Assembly (NCBI GenBank): GCA_020137815.1
Contig: CM035359.1
Location: 7,006,001 to 7,070,000 of the forward strand
From: Hormiphora californensis
Lineage: Eukaryota; Animalia; Ctenophora
DNA: 64,000 nt
Direction of reading: 5' to 3'
The translations under genes were made by a program, and so were the position numbers. Shown here piece by piece: positions 1 to 35,689 of this stretch; the first letter of the stretch is position 1, and each line of letters begins with the position of its first letter. The notes below the pieces were generated by a model that saw only the letters and a list, made by a program, of their open reading frames with translations, made no database searches and was not told the origin of the DNA.

Positions 1-334
1 AGAAAACATAATTAAAATCCCGTTTAGATCTTTTACAGATGACAGGTCATCAAGGAACTTAATGAAATTAATTGTAATTACATAACATTTCTCGAAACTT
101 CTTTCTCAACAAAATAAAATTTCCGTACCATCAACAGGACCCAATCTAACTTCCCGCCTTTCCTCTTGTCAAATCATGATATTGACAGTGGAAACTGGAA
201 TTGACACCTTATACTGATGACGCACATGACGAGACCTGCTCATGTCCGCCATTGCAGAAAACTTCTTAGATAGGCTGGCTGTGACACACGGCTCATGCAA
301 CAACTGGATGCTCTCTCGCTCTCTCTCTCTCGCT

Positions 335-371
<37 letters not shown>

Positions 372-546
372 TCTTTCTCTCTCTCTCTCTATCTATTTTT
401 CTCACCCTCTATCCCTCCTAGTTCCTTTCTGTCTGGCAGCAAAGCCGGCGGCCCCGTGCACCGATCGACCCCTACCGTTTGCATCTATCACCCTGTCTAC
501 CGTGGTCTTGCTCCGTAACGAGCTACGGGGAATCAGCACCATCTCT

Positions 547-643
<97 letters not shown>

Positions 644-1408
644 CGGTCTACATCACTATCTTTCAGTGACTAAATCCAATCAGACAGTCCTTGCACCATG
701 TTTTTCTGCCTGGCCGCATCAGCCACATCTAGAAAATTCATAGTTTTTAAACTGTTTTCTTCTCCAGCTCGCTTTGCTTTAGTTTATGACGCTAAGGGAC
801 GGATGGAAGTAATATAATTGAAAGAAGCAGAGAGAAAAAGGTTCTCTGCTTTATAGCTTCTATTGCCTAACGAGGGTCAAAAGGAGAGACCGAAGATAGA
901 TTAGGTATAGGTAGTATTGTACCTCCTAGTTGAGATCAGAGACTCTCCAGACGATCTATATTATTACGATCTGTATTATAACACTGACTAGCTTTTTAGG
1001 AAGAACCTCTGCAAGTTTTAAATCGGTATCTACCAAGTCCCGTTATCACCTCAATTACAGACCTGCTAACAGGAGACCGGGGACTGATTTATGGGGGTCA
1101 CGGGGTTAGGGGAAGTGACGGGGTTAGGGGAAGTCACGGGAAGTCACAGGGGGTTGGCAAGACATGACCACTGGTCATTGACCAGTCACCAGTGACCAGT
1201 GTGATGGGGGAAGGCCAGGTGAAGAGGGGGGTTACAAAAGAGTTACACGTGGTGTGTGTGTCACGTGTTTATTAGTGCTCTGGGTATTGTGGGGTTAGCT
1301 GCAAGAGAGAAGAGCAATATATTGAGGTTCTGATCTGCATGCTAGAGTGATCATTGAATAGAACTCCCTTTTCTCTCTCTCTCTCTCGCTCTCTCTCGCT
1401 CTCTCACG

Positions 1409-1468
<60 letters not shown>

Positions 1469-2252
1469 ACCCAATTTCTGTAAAGTAGGTATCTGGACTG
1501 GTGGTGTTGGGTGTTTGGTGACACGTGTCACGTGACCCAATATCACGTGACAGATCGCGTGACAGAGAGAGAGAGAGAGAGAGCCGCGCATCTCCCCTAA
1601 GTGTGTGTACTGGAGAGCTCCCCCTCCTCTGAGTTGTGTTCCAGGTCTTGTTGACACAACTGCACGTGCAGTGTGTTTCATAGAGCTCTGAGCTGTGGTT
1701 ATAATTGGGATCACTGCACAGCTTCTGTTGTAGCATCAGCTGTGACAGCACATGGTGTTTGCACCATGCGGCAGCTGTTTACACGATGAGAGTGCACCAT
1801 ACGGTTCATGTGCTACTTGTTTTGAAACTGTTGACGTACCGTTATCCTATAACCCACCGTACGGTACTGATTATATACCGTACGGCATCATACACGTGAC
1901 GTTATATCCGATCTCATACAAATAGTTCTAGTTTCTAAATAACTAAAGATGAGTTCTGAAATTACTGCAACTATTGATCTAGCTCTGTTCATTATGGCAG
2001 TAGAATTTTAATTAGCTTGATACTAGGTCGGGACAGCCTCCAAGAAGAAGATGGTGGGGGGCGAAGGGGGATAATGCAAATTTTTGGCAGTGTCATCATA
2101 GCGAAATCATTGTTTATTTTTTCTATTTTAATGAAATGCGTGACGCGTTTATAGACTCAAAAGATCATTGTTTGAGCCATTTCCCTACCTTGACTGCTTG
2201 TATTGTTCAGAACTTTTGGTTAACACTTGTTGTATTTTTGTAGCTGATTAAG

Positions 2253-24367
<22,115 letters not shown>

Positions 24368-25297
24368 AGGACAGAGCTATATTTTCCAGAGATCTGAACT
24401 GCGATGTACTGATCAGCCACAAAGTGATTTATCTGAGAAAGGCTAAAGAGAAAGATATTCGCTCGAAAAAAGACAATTATTATTTTTTATCAAAATCTAT
24501 TTTGTGTTGAGTGGAAATTAATAGAAAAGTTTTACAGGGTACTACTCTTTGTAATCCTATTTTTCTATATTTTTCGTTTTTACTATCACACTTTGAATGT
24601 TTACAAGTTTATATACACGTTATATACGCGCCCAATTAATCCTCATTTTAATGTTCTATGCATGTTTGTATGACCCGAGTACAGTGTTAAATTATTTGCT
24701 ACTATTTTATATTGGACCGGGTACTTGAGAAAAAGAAGGAGAGAGAGACATATGATATGTGTCTGTTTTGTGTGTTTATATCTCAAAACTTCTTTAGATA
24801 AAACAAAGATAACGCGTTTAATTTTGTTTTATTTGGGGATCAATCCTGAATGATCCTTGCCCCTGTTGGGTTAGTGGACACTGTAATCGGAAATCAGATG
24901 TTGATACCGGGCCGCTGGTTGTGTCTACAATACCCCCACCACAACCCCCCCCCCCCCACACGGACGCATCTCCACGTGAGGTAGTAGTCCAAACACATCC
25001 ATCTTATCTGGACCAGTCTAGATGTAGAAACTCTAACCTCTGATTGGTAAATAAAAGGTCATAACCCCACCACACCAAAAAAATACCAAAAATGAGGGTG
25101 CGAGAGACCGAGAACCGGCAAGTCCATATACGAGTCTCCCTTCGTCCATATTAAGGGCGATTCAAAATTAAAAGGAACTCCGTGATTTTTGATCATTTTT
25201 TACCCAACCCCGGCCCCCCTCGGCCCTCCCTCCCCCTGTCCAGTCCTGTCCGAATCTGCCGGACCCCCTCCCTCCGCCCTGTCCGAGTTTCGTCCCC

Positions 25298-27765
25298 AGG
25301 TCAAAATGGAAAAGTTTCTTATAGATTAGGTGGGTAAAAATGGGAAAGTTTCTAAGAGATTAGGTGGTTCAAAGTGGAAAAGTTTCTTAGAGATAAGGTG
25401 GGTCAAAATGTGAAAGTTTCTAAGAGATTAGGTGGGGCAAAGTAGAAAAGTTTCTTAGAGATAAGGTGGTTCAAAATGGGAAAGTTTCTTAGAGAAAAGG
25501 TGGGTCAAAGTGGAAAATTTTCTTAGAGATAAGGTGGGTCAAAGTGGAAAAGTTTCTTAGAGATAAGGTGGGTAAAAGTGGAAAAGTTTCTTAGAGAAAA
25601 GGTGGGTCAAAATGTGAAAGTTTCTTAGAGATAAGGTGGGTCAAAATGGGAAAGTTTCTTAGATATTAGGTTGGGAAAAAGGGAAAAGTTTCTTAGAGAT
25701 AAGGTGGTTCAAAATGGGAAAATTTCTAAGAGATTAGGTGGGTCAAAGTGGAAAATATTTTTAGAGATAAGGTGGGTCAAAGTGGAAAAGTTTCTTAGAG
25801 ATAAGGTGGGTCAAAGTGGAAAAGTTTCTTAGAGATAAGGTGGGTCAAAGTGGAAAAGTATCTTAGAGATAAGGTGGGTCAAAGTGGAAAAGTTTCTTAG
25901 AGATAAGGTGGGTCAAAGTGAAAAAGTTTCTTAGAGATAAGGTGGGTCAAAGTTGAAAAGTTTCTTAGAGATAAGGTGGGTCAAAGTGGAAAAGTTTCTT
26001 AGAGAGAAGGTGGGTCAAAATGTGAAAGTGTTTAAGAGATTAGGTGGGGCAAAGTAGAAAAGTTTCTTAGAGATAAGGTGGTTCAAAATGGGAAAGTTTC
26101 TTAGAGATAAGGTTGGTAACGAAGTTACCCCTCCCTTGCCGGCGCGCAAAGCGCACCGAACGAAGGTATCTTCGATACCAAGAGATAAGGTGGGTCAAAA
26201 TGGGAAAGTTTCTTTGAGAAAAGGTGAGTCAAAATGTGAAAGTTTCTAAGAGATTAGGTGAGGCAAGATAGAAAAGTTTCTTAGAGATAAGGTGGTTCAA
26301 AATGGGAAAGTTTCTTAGAGATAAGGTGGGTCAAAGTGGAAAAGTTTCTTAGAGATAAGGTGGGTCAAAATGGGAAAGTTTCTAAGATATTAGGTTGGGC
26401 AAAGTGGAAAAGTTTCTTAGAGATAAGGTGGTTCAAAATGGGAAAGTTTCTTAGAGATAAGGTGGGTCAAAGTGGAAAAGTTTCTGAGAGATAAGGTGGG
26501 TCAAAGTGGAAAAGTTTCTTAGAGATAAGGTGGGTCAAAATGGGAAAGTTTCTAAGAGATTGGGGGGGGGGTCAAAGTGGAAAAGTTTCTTATTGATTAG
26601 CTGGGTCAAATCGGGAAAGTTTCTAAGAGATTAGGTGGGTGAAAGTGGAAAAGTTTCTTAGAGATAAGGTGGGTCAAAGTGGAAAAGTTTCTTAGAGATA
26701 AGGTGGGTCAAAGTGGAAAAGTTTCTTAGAGATAAGGTGTGTCAAAATGCAAAAGAGAGATCTAGGGGGGGGTCAAAGTGGAAAAGTTTCTTATAGATTA
26801 GGTGGGTCAAAATGGAAAAGTTTCTAAGAGATTAGGTGGGTCAAAGTGGAAAAGTTTTTTAGAGATAAGGTGGGTCAAAGTGGAAAATTTTCTTAGAGAT
26901 ATGGTGGGTCAAAGTGGAAAAGTTTCTTAGAGATAAGGTGGGTCAAAATGGGAAAGTTTCTTAGAGATAAGGTGGGTCAAAGTGGAAAAGTTTCTTAGAG
27001 ATAAGGTGGGTCAAAGTGAAAAAGTTTCTTAGAGATAAGGTGGGTCAAAGTTGAAAAGTTTCTTAGAGATAAGGTGGGTCAAAGTGGAAAACTTTCTTAG
27101 ATATAAGGTGGGTCAAAATGTGAAACTTTCTAAGAGATTAGGTGGGGCAAAGTAGAAAAGTTTCTTAGAGAAAAGGTGGTTCAAAATGGGAGAGTTTCTT
27201 AGAGATAAGGTGGGTCAAAGTGGAAAAGTTTCTTAGAGATAAGGTGGGTCAAAGTGGAAAAGTTTCTTAGAGATAAGGTGGGTCAAAATGGGAAAGTTTC
27301 TAAGATATTAGGTTGGGCAAAGTGGAAAAGTTTCTTAGAGATAAGGTGGTTCAAAATGGGAAAGTTTCTTAGAGATAAGGTGGGTTAAAGTGGAAAAGTT
27401 TCTGAGAGATAAGGTGGGTCAAAGTGGAAAAGTTTCTTAGAGATAAGGTGGGTCAAAATGGGAAAGTTTCTAAGAGATTGGGGGGGGGGTCAAAGTGGAA
27501 AAGTTTCTTATTGATTAGCTTCTAAGAGATTAGGTGGGTGAAAGTGGAAAAGTTTCTTAGAGATAAGGTGGGTCAAAGTGGAAAAGTTTCTTAGAGATAA
27601 GGTGGGTCAAAGTGGAAAAGTTTCTTAGAGATAAGGTGGTTCCAAGTGGAAATTGGAAAAGTTTCTTTACTTAGAGATTAGTTGGGTCAAAATGGGAAAT
27701 TTTCTTTAAGAATTGGAGGTTAATAGCTTTTTTAGAGATTAGGTGGATCAAAGTGGGAAAGTTAC
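25298..27765 (+). repeat. 34-bp satellite array (~70 copies)
   Basis: Unit GGTGGGTCAAAGTGGAAAAGTTTCTTAGAGATAA. Shared variant blocks recur about 918 bp apart (near 26550 and 27470). Confidence 0.97.
26113..26181. mobile_element. ~69-bp hairpin MITE inserted in the satellite, with 9-11 bp target-site duplication
   Basis: TIRs TTGGTAACGAAGTTACC / GGTATCTTCGATACCAA, with GAGATAAGG on both flanks. A related copy lies at ~52337-52409. Confidence 0.8.
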
Positions 27766-27780
27766 TTCATAGAAAGGAAT

Positions 27781-27954
<174 letters not shown>

Positions 27955-28371
27955 CAACGGCCACGGGCCCTTTTTGCCTTTCGGCCAAAGGCAGAATTGC
28001 ATCAACTAGTAAAATGGCTGTGGCACGCGTCTGAAGTGAGTTATTGTCCGCCGGCCGTTAACCAACTTTTCCTCCTTCATTATATCTCTACTTGCAACCT
28101 GTTACTATCGTTTTAATTGTCTTTCTGTCTTTCATCTATCTTTCTTGTTTTCTCTGTCACTGTGCTCTTTCAGTCCAATCGCTCTCACTCTATCTCCATC
28201 TCTCTCTCTCTCTTCCTCTCTCTCCCTCTCTTTCGTCTCATTCTCCCTCCTTTTCTCTCTCTCTTTCTCACTTTCTCTCTCTCTCTCTCTTTCGTCTCAA
28301 TCTCCCTCCTTTTCTCTCTCTCTCTCTCCTCTCTCTCTCATCTCTCTCTCGTCTCCTCTCTCTCCTCTCCT

Positions 28372-28431
<60 letters not shown>

Positions 28432-29469
28432 ACTCTCACTCTCACTCTCTCTCTCTCTCTATTTGCCCGCATCCTGTTCCCGGCATTAACCACACACTGC
28501 GCGTCCGTCCTAGCTACCCGGCACGTGCCCTGGTTTTCGACCAATCAGAGCCCTTGATTGAGGTCACGTGACTTGTAACGGGCCAATGAGAGTATTTAAC
28601 TGGTACCACGTGATTTGATAATAGAGTTAAGAAGCTTTACTCCATTGAGCAGTCAACCTTTCTAACATATGGTGTACATAGTAAAATGCATATATATTGT
28701 CATGTGCTGACACTGTCAGAACCTTGCTTATATTGTGTATTATTTTTCATAGTTTTGACAAGACCTACATTTTGTTATTTCTCCAGGGTTAGTAGTAGCT
28801 GTCTATTTAACAAGGTTACTCTTTCTCTTTTATTTCCGTTGCGTCTGCCTGCCAAATCTGACTGTAATTTTCAAGCGTGAGATGAATTGGGAAATGAGAA
28901 AAATAGAGAGAGAGAGAGAGAGTTATTATTTCGACCGTTCAAAACAGATCTGAGATCACAGCATTGATCTCTCTCCCTCTCTTTGTATGTGACAAAGTCT
29001 GTCTGTTATTAGCTCTATTTGACGGTAGTACCATGCCTCCTGTGGCCATCAACTGTCAGCCTATTTACAGCATCTAAAAAACGGGGAAATTACAAAGACA
29101 GTTGGGCTTTGCTTTGGTACGACTTCTGTTTTCAATTGAAATAGTGTTGCACCGGTATTGCTAGTTCTAATGAAACTGACAGGTTAATTTTAGCACAAAA
29201 TTACCCAAATTATGTAGTAATTGCAGGTCCACATTGTAGCTGCACTCATTGTGGGGTGGGGTGAATGAAAATGAAGTTAAATGTGTGTGCTCTCCCAGTC
29301 TCTCAATATATAACACTATAGGAGCTGACCTGTGCAACATCTCGCATGCTGCATGGCCGGGTATTTTTATGTTTCCTACTCTCCTCGCAATGTGAGGACG
29401 TTAGCAGAGCAATTTGTAGGCTCTTGTCTACAAGATATTCCTCGTGTAACTGATCATTCCTCGTGTAAC

Positions 29470-29730
29470 TGAGAAGATTAGAAACCAGAGACTGAGAATG
29501 GCTGGGCACCTTGCTAGACACGATGACCTAGTGGGACATGAACTACTTATGTGGAAACCAGCTCATGGACAGGCGCGGCGTGGCCGCCCGTTACTAACCT
29601 TCCCAGATGTCCTATTACAAGACCTGGACGGGGTGTGTGATAACAGTAACGAAATGCTTGAACTTATGTGCAACCGGGATAACTGGAGATCGTTCATTGC
29701 TACTCGACCTCTCCGGCCGCCATAAGTTGT
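29470..29730 (+). mobile_element. 5'-truncated RTE-clade LINE, 3' end of ORF
   Basis: LRMAGHLARH...LLMWKPAHGQARRGRPLLTFPDVL...NRDNWRSFI matches the characteristic RTE C-terminus. Confidence 0.8.
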
Positions 29731-30382
29731 CTTAGGCTTTCAATTGCCACAGCTGAGATTTCTTTATCGGCTAACAAGGCTATACAGGCGTAGCCTACTG
29801 TTATAATTAAACATACAACGCCCTTTTGAAGCAATTAGTTTGTTGCATATAGGGCCCCGGGTTCAATAGGGATCCGTAAACAGGTCAACGGTGACCTATG
29901 GCTCACAGTTGTTGTAGGTAATCCAGTTTAACGGTCTCAAGGAGACACACCACAGCAGGACGAGGACAACAACTGCAGTGTCCAGCTGTAGAAGCACGTG
30001 CATGACAGGGTAGGGTACTCCATTCGGCCTTTGCCCCGATACTTTTCATGGTTACACAAAAACGACGACTTTTTGGCATAAAAAGCCGAACACTTTTCTC
30101 CAATGCATACAAGTTTGCAATAGAAAGGTCGAGACATGTCATATCACGTGACCAATGAAAAGTTGGCCCCACTATAATTTCAAAACGTCCCTACATGCCT
30201 GATTACCTAGTAGGAGACCGCCTACTTTATTCTTTAATGCTATCATGGCCATGGGTGCTTTCGTCTCATGCTATGATGTGTCTTTTGTGAGTCACCTGTA
30301 AGGTTTCTGGAGGCTCCTGAAGACCTTTTTGACGGATCGCTATGGGTATAATCACGGAGATTTATGACAAAATTATTTTAGG

Positions 30383-33300
30383 ATGCTTGTAATCGTTTGT
30401 TCTCTCCTTCTCCTCCCTGCCTTCATGGCTCAGGAGTGCCAGTGGGCCCAGTTCTTTGAGGACACCACTGAAGCAGAAAGCTGTGTCATTGATGGTAAGT
30501 GTTTCATTGTCATGTTCTAATCTGTCAGGCCATGATGCACTCTGACAGTAGGTGAGAGATAGATGAGCAAGGCAAGTGTTTAGATCGCTTTAATACAAAT
30601 TTCAAGTTCAATTCGGTAAATATTCATGCTCTTCATTTCCGTGTTAACCCCGTCCCATTCACTGTCAGTGTCCAAGGTTGTCTGTCTGAACAACGGCACA
30701 GACAACAAGTTGCTTATGTTGCACCTGTTGCCCACGTTTCCTTTGTTAATTTTCACCTTCCCTACTTTGTGTGTACCATACCATCACAACAACTGCAATA
30801 CGTTCACACTGCTGAATGTCAGCTCAAAGAACACCCACACACGTGCTAATCGAATGAACTGGAAGAATCAAATAGTGTGAATCTGACGTGCCTGTAAATG
30901 TGAACTGCAAAATGTGAACCGTGAAGCATTGAATTGTGGAAGATGGTTACCTGTTAGTTACCTGTTGGTTACCGGTTAGTTACCTGTTAGTTACCTGTTA
31001 GTTACCTGATAGTTACCTTTTAGTTACATGTTAGTTACATGTTAGTTACCTGTTAGTTACCTGTTAGTTACCTGTTAGTTACCTGTTAGTTACCTGTTGG
31101 TTACCGGTTAGTTACCTGTTAGTTACCTGTTAGTTACCTGATAGTTACCTTTTAGCCTGTTAGTTACCTATTAACCTAATAACACCCTTCCACTGCAGGT
31201 GTATCAGCTACAGTTGACTGTAAGACGTTGAAACCGAGTGAAAGTGGAACTGTCAATCTAAAGTGTAGCGCAGGTTTGTTCTCCATCTCACGGTCACACT
31301 TTCTCAACAGTTGAGTCAACTATTTGTTATTTAGTCCACTGCACAACTCTAAGCCGAGGATCATAAATCTAAGATTAATTAGTTAATTAATTGATGTTAA
31401 TTAACAGAAGAACCTCTATCCAGGTGATTCCCTGACTGGTTATACGAGTTACACATGCGACCAGGGTAAGATCTACCCAGTAAAATACCAAAGCAGCTGC
31501 GTGGCAGATCCAATGCCTTGTACTCCACCCAAAACTGGCAAACTGTCAAACTATATGAGGTTCCTGCAGGATGAGTATCATCAGGTTTGTAGACTTTTTA
31601 GACATAGAGTCCACCTAGAGTTTAGACTTATTTGGACGTCCTTTTTGAATCGCCCCTTTAGCATTTGTATTGTTTAGGGTTGCAGTCTACCAATGGTAGT
31701 ATCAGCCACCTATAATAGTTGTATAATTACCTGAATAAACCCATCTCAATCAGTTAGGAGCGACCCTACAAGATGTTGAATATCATGTCACCTGTGCCGA
31801 GGGATTCATGTTCAAAGATGGAACCGAAAAAGATTTGGTAATATTCTTACTAAGAAAAAACAATCCCTTTTTTGCGCGATGTTTGCTGTGCCCAAATTCC
31901 CTGTAACCACCTCACATCTCCTGTCTGGCGATGCCATACCCCAATTTGATTCTCATTGCGCTCAGATGGGGTCGGCGGCGCCAGACAGCACATCTCGGTA
32001 TCCTTCACCTATACCTTCCTTTAGGTGATGGGTAAGTGTACCTATATAAACGGACGAACTACTCTGGTATCCGATGAGGAATGCCTGCCTGCCTGTCCTA
32101 TTAAGGATGTGACTACCTTGAGTACCAACATTGACAATCTCGACAGAATCACCATCTACTACCCTACCAACCTTACCAGCGTATGTTTGGAGGCTAGCTT
32201 GATCATCAAGATCACCACGAATTTCTTTAAAACCATTCATCTGTTGTTCAATAAAAAACTGACTATACACCACAATCAATAGGTTGGAGATGGGGCTGAG
32301 GTGCATGCCCGAGCATCTTGTAGTGGACCTTACAGTTCCGGAGACCGACCTACTCCCCTTTACTGTTCTACAGTTGGTAAGAAAACATTCAAAAAGTTAA
32401 TAATTCGAACAACCAGTTTGGGTAGAATTCCCACTAAACAAACTCTGTATAAATTTATAAAGTCAAATTGACAGTTTAAAATCGCCCAGGGGTGGCCCGA
32501 AATGCTGATTATGGCGGGTATTTTAGCGAGAAGAGGGATTGTGCAGCTGATGGGAGTTGTCTAAGTTGTAAACGACACTGCACCGTCCCTGATATTGAGG
32601 ATGGGGCTGTCTTTGACAGGTAACACAAACTTTTCATCTGAACTTCAATTAGGCAGCGGATTACGGGGGCCCGAATGGATCGCCCGAATAGATCGCCCGA
32701 ATAGATCGCCTGAAAGATCTGTTCGGGCCCTCTTTGCAAGCCCCCGTAATCTAGATCATAGTCACCAGATGTATTGTTTTAACATATTGAAGCGTGAGCC
32801 ACAATTCTCCATCGCTATTTTCTGTAGAGCTGCGAGAGGCACACCCAGTTCAAAATTCTTTCCATAATGAGATCAGACAATCTAGATGAACATACATCAC
32901 AAATAGTTGTTTATGCCAAGAGTTTATTAGAATAAATAATTAGAAAATTACGAGCATTTATTCGCTGTATTTGAATTTTTCTAAAATTTGTTGGCACATA
33001 GAAACTTAATAGCTGTCCCATTCCCAAAATAGATTCACAGCGCAAGCTGCTTGTAAATGTAAATAAGGAATGCCCCAAATTGTAAATAGGCCGACTCTAA
33101 AGAATTAGGAAACTAAATTACTAAGCGCCTTGCCAAACTGCTAGGATAAATTAACGGCGTGTTCCCCTATAGATCCGGTACCGACGACAGCTCCATGAAG
33201 AAACTGGAGGCAGGTTCGGAGGCAATTCTCAGTGGAAACAAGACCGCCTATGTGAAATGTAATGAAGGATTTAACCTGATTGGTAACCGGTATCTAAAGT

Positions 33301-34780
33301 GTTCTGATGGTAGTATCATCAGCGAGATTCCTACCTGCAGTGGTGAGTATAAAATGTAGTTGAGGGTTGAGTATAAAATGTAGTAGAGGTGGTGAGTATA
33401 AATTGTAGAAGAGAGGGGTGCTGTTTGGGCAATGGACTCGTAGCACCATGAAGCTTTATTTCCTCGTCGTTTCTTGGTCCCATTTCTCTCCGTTGGTACC
33501 TACACTGCATGTAAAACAGTGTAAAATAGATCATCCCAACTAACCCTTCTGAATAGACATGTCCTCAGGGAAGGGGTCCTGTTCTGCTCCCATCATTGAG
33601 AATGGTGTCTCCGGTCCAGATAAATCATCCACCTCCTCTATCGAATACACGGTGAGTTGTGTAGAAACTAATTCTCCCACTTGTGTGACTGATATAACCA
33701 TGAATCAACTAAATGTAAAAATAGTTTATGCAACTAGCTGAACCTTCACATACTGATACATTATACAGGTGTCATGTAATGATGGTTATGCTCTGGGGGA
33801 TCCTAAAGAAAATAAAGTACAATGCTCTGTAAAGGGATCAGCATCCTATTCAACCCTCCCTGTCTGCCACAGTAAGCTGCCATTAATAATACTAATATTA
33901 CTATGACTATACTATACCACTCTCTTTTAATTTCCCTTTTTCCATTCCACATTTATAATTCCAACCTACCCCCGATCACAGTGGGTTGCAGCGTTCCCAA
34001 GGTATCAAATGGTGTAGTTCTTAACAAACCAGAGTCCTTCTCCCAAGACAAGCCGCCATTCAGGACTGGTGCTACGGTTGAGGTCGTCTGTAATGAGGGT
34101 TACATCCCAACGGTAATTAATTTATGAAACAATTCTTTCCGTAAATTATGTCTAATGTTGTGTGTCCAGAGAAATATACCTTATGCACTATTGTAGTTGT
34201 ACAAGTACAATTACTGCTAGAAAATATGTTTTGTGGCCATCAAATTTATTTGGAACCGTGGAACTGCGACGGAAGGGTGTGGGTGTACTTCCTCTTTCCC
34301 ACACACACCAAATACAAACACTTAACCAGTATTTGTGGAATTCTTGGAGTGGTGTAATTTTGTTCGGAATAACGTCACTAATTAGTAGTGCACGGTACGG
34401 CATGGGGAAAAAGACGTTAATAAAACCGCAATTGTAAAAGCTGCAATTTGTGGCCCAGATAAAGTCATTTTTTCACATCAGAGAAATTTCAGATTAAAAT
34501 TAATTGCCTTCTAAAAATGCCTTCTCTCCCAGACTGGCTCAAACAAGTGTGACGTGACGGGGTGGGTGGAACTTGACAGAGTGCATCGACGAAAATGAAC
34601 AGGAGGTGAAGAACGAAAAATCCGCAGCAAAAGGTAAATTGTCTCTACAGTCTTCACTTACAGTCTTCACTTACAATTTAAACCTTGAATTTAATAATTA
34701 CCCACTAATTAGTTGTGTTTTCAGGTGTAGGATTGGCTATTGCGATGGTTGTGGCTTCCTTCTCATACTGGCTGTTATAG
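30383..34780 (+). CDS. Secreted, probably GPI-anchored multi-CCP (sushi) domain protein (~490 aa), 13 exons
   Basis: Exons 30383-30494, 31199-31273, 31424-31584, 31754-31837, 32025-32180, 32283-32376, 32490-32619, 33173-33342, 33557-33651, 33769-33871, 33982-34112, 34533-34633, 34725-34780. Signal peptide MLVIVCSLLLLPAFMA. CCP motifs include CTVPDIEDG...VKCNEGFNLIGNRYLKCSDG..PTC and CSVPKVSNG...GATVEVVCNEGY. Terminal hydrophobic tail KSAAKGVGLAIAMVVASFSYWLL*. One extra base near 34570. Confidence 0.85.
30945..31172 (+). repeat. 11-bp minisatellite (GTTACCTGTTA)n in sushi-gene intron 1
   Basis: About 20 visible copies ending just before the branch point/acceptor. Confidence 0.95.
31921..31989. 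mobile_element. ~70-bp palindromic dispersed element
   Basis: CTGTCTGGCG...CCCCAATTTGATTCTCATTGCGCTCAGATGGGGTC...CGCCAGACAG. Relatives lie at ~57065-57132, ~52422-52460 and ~53114-53144. Confidence 0.7.
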
Positions 34781-35621
34781 GACACTTTTTTTTGGAAAAT
34801 GTTGTTTATTTTTAGTAAACTTTAAGAGACAATAATTTATGCGAGGAAAAGACAACAATTTTTATAAACCCATAAAGCCAGAGAAGAGTTTTGGTTAGAT
34901 TGAATTAGCTAAATTGAATACAGTTGTGAATTAAGTTAAACGACAATGATATGATGATATGATTCTTTAGGATATTTGATAAAGACTTTTCTATGCGTTA
35001 CTTTATTATTAGGTTTTATACGCCCAGTGGCCTATTATAGACACATGTTTCAGTTTGTATTTGAATATGGACAGTATTTGATATAGGATTTCCCACGGTT
35101 TTATTATTGACAAGCTTGTTTAGCGACATTGTGTCGTCGAAAAACGAATAATAATAATTCATTTTGTTGCCTACCGGAAACACGTGTGTTTATATGCTTA
35201 CTTGGTTCTATCGCAGTCTGCAGGTGATATCATAACATGTGAATATGACCCACCAGTTCACACTGTCTTTCTAACTGCATGTAGTAGTGGTTATCACATG
35301 GTCGTCACATACTCCGCACGCGGGTTTACGGGGGATAGTTAACAAGGTGTTTAAATAACAACTCTCCGGTAAAAAGGATGAACTATTTGGGATATTTTCT
35401 ATAGTTCAGCTATGAATACTGTTCCCCTATTTCTGTCTACAAACAATGTCGACTAAAGCCCCCTCTAATTGCTGATGTTAACCCAATCAACTCGGATATA
35501 GAATTCTCTCGAAAGTCGCTGTAGACCCATCATATAATACCCTCTCTGTTACAACTCTGTCATTCCCCTTTGCTGACTAAACAATATGTGTCTATCAGTA
35601 CACCTCTGATCTATCTCTCTC

Positions 35622-35689
<68 letters not shown>

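Noticed and set aside
295-673. ORFs rich in SLSLSL / RERERE here and throughout the ORF track
   Set aside because: They are translations of (CT/GA)n microsatellites, not genes.
1100-1135. TTAGGG-like motifs as interstitial telomeric repeats (also ~45168-45195)
   Set aside because: Only two or three imperfect, non-tandem copies.
25298-27765. 34-bp periodic array as a CRISPR array
   Set aside because: Monomers are contiguous with no unique spacers, there are no cas genes, and the context is eukaryotic.
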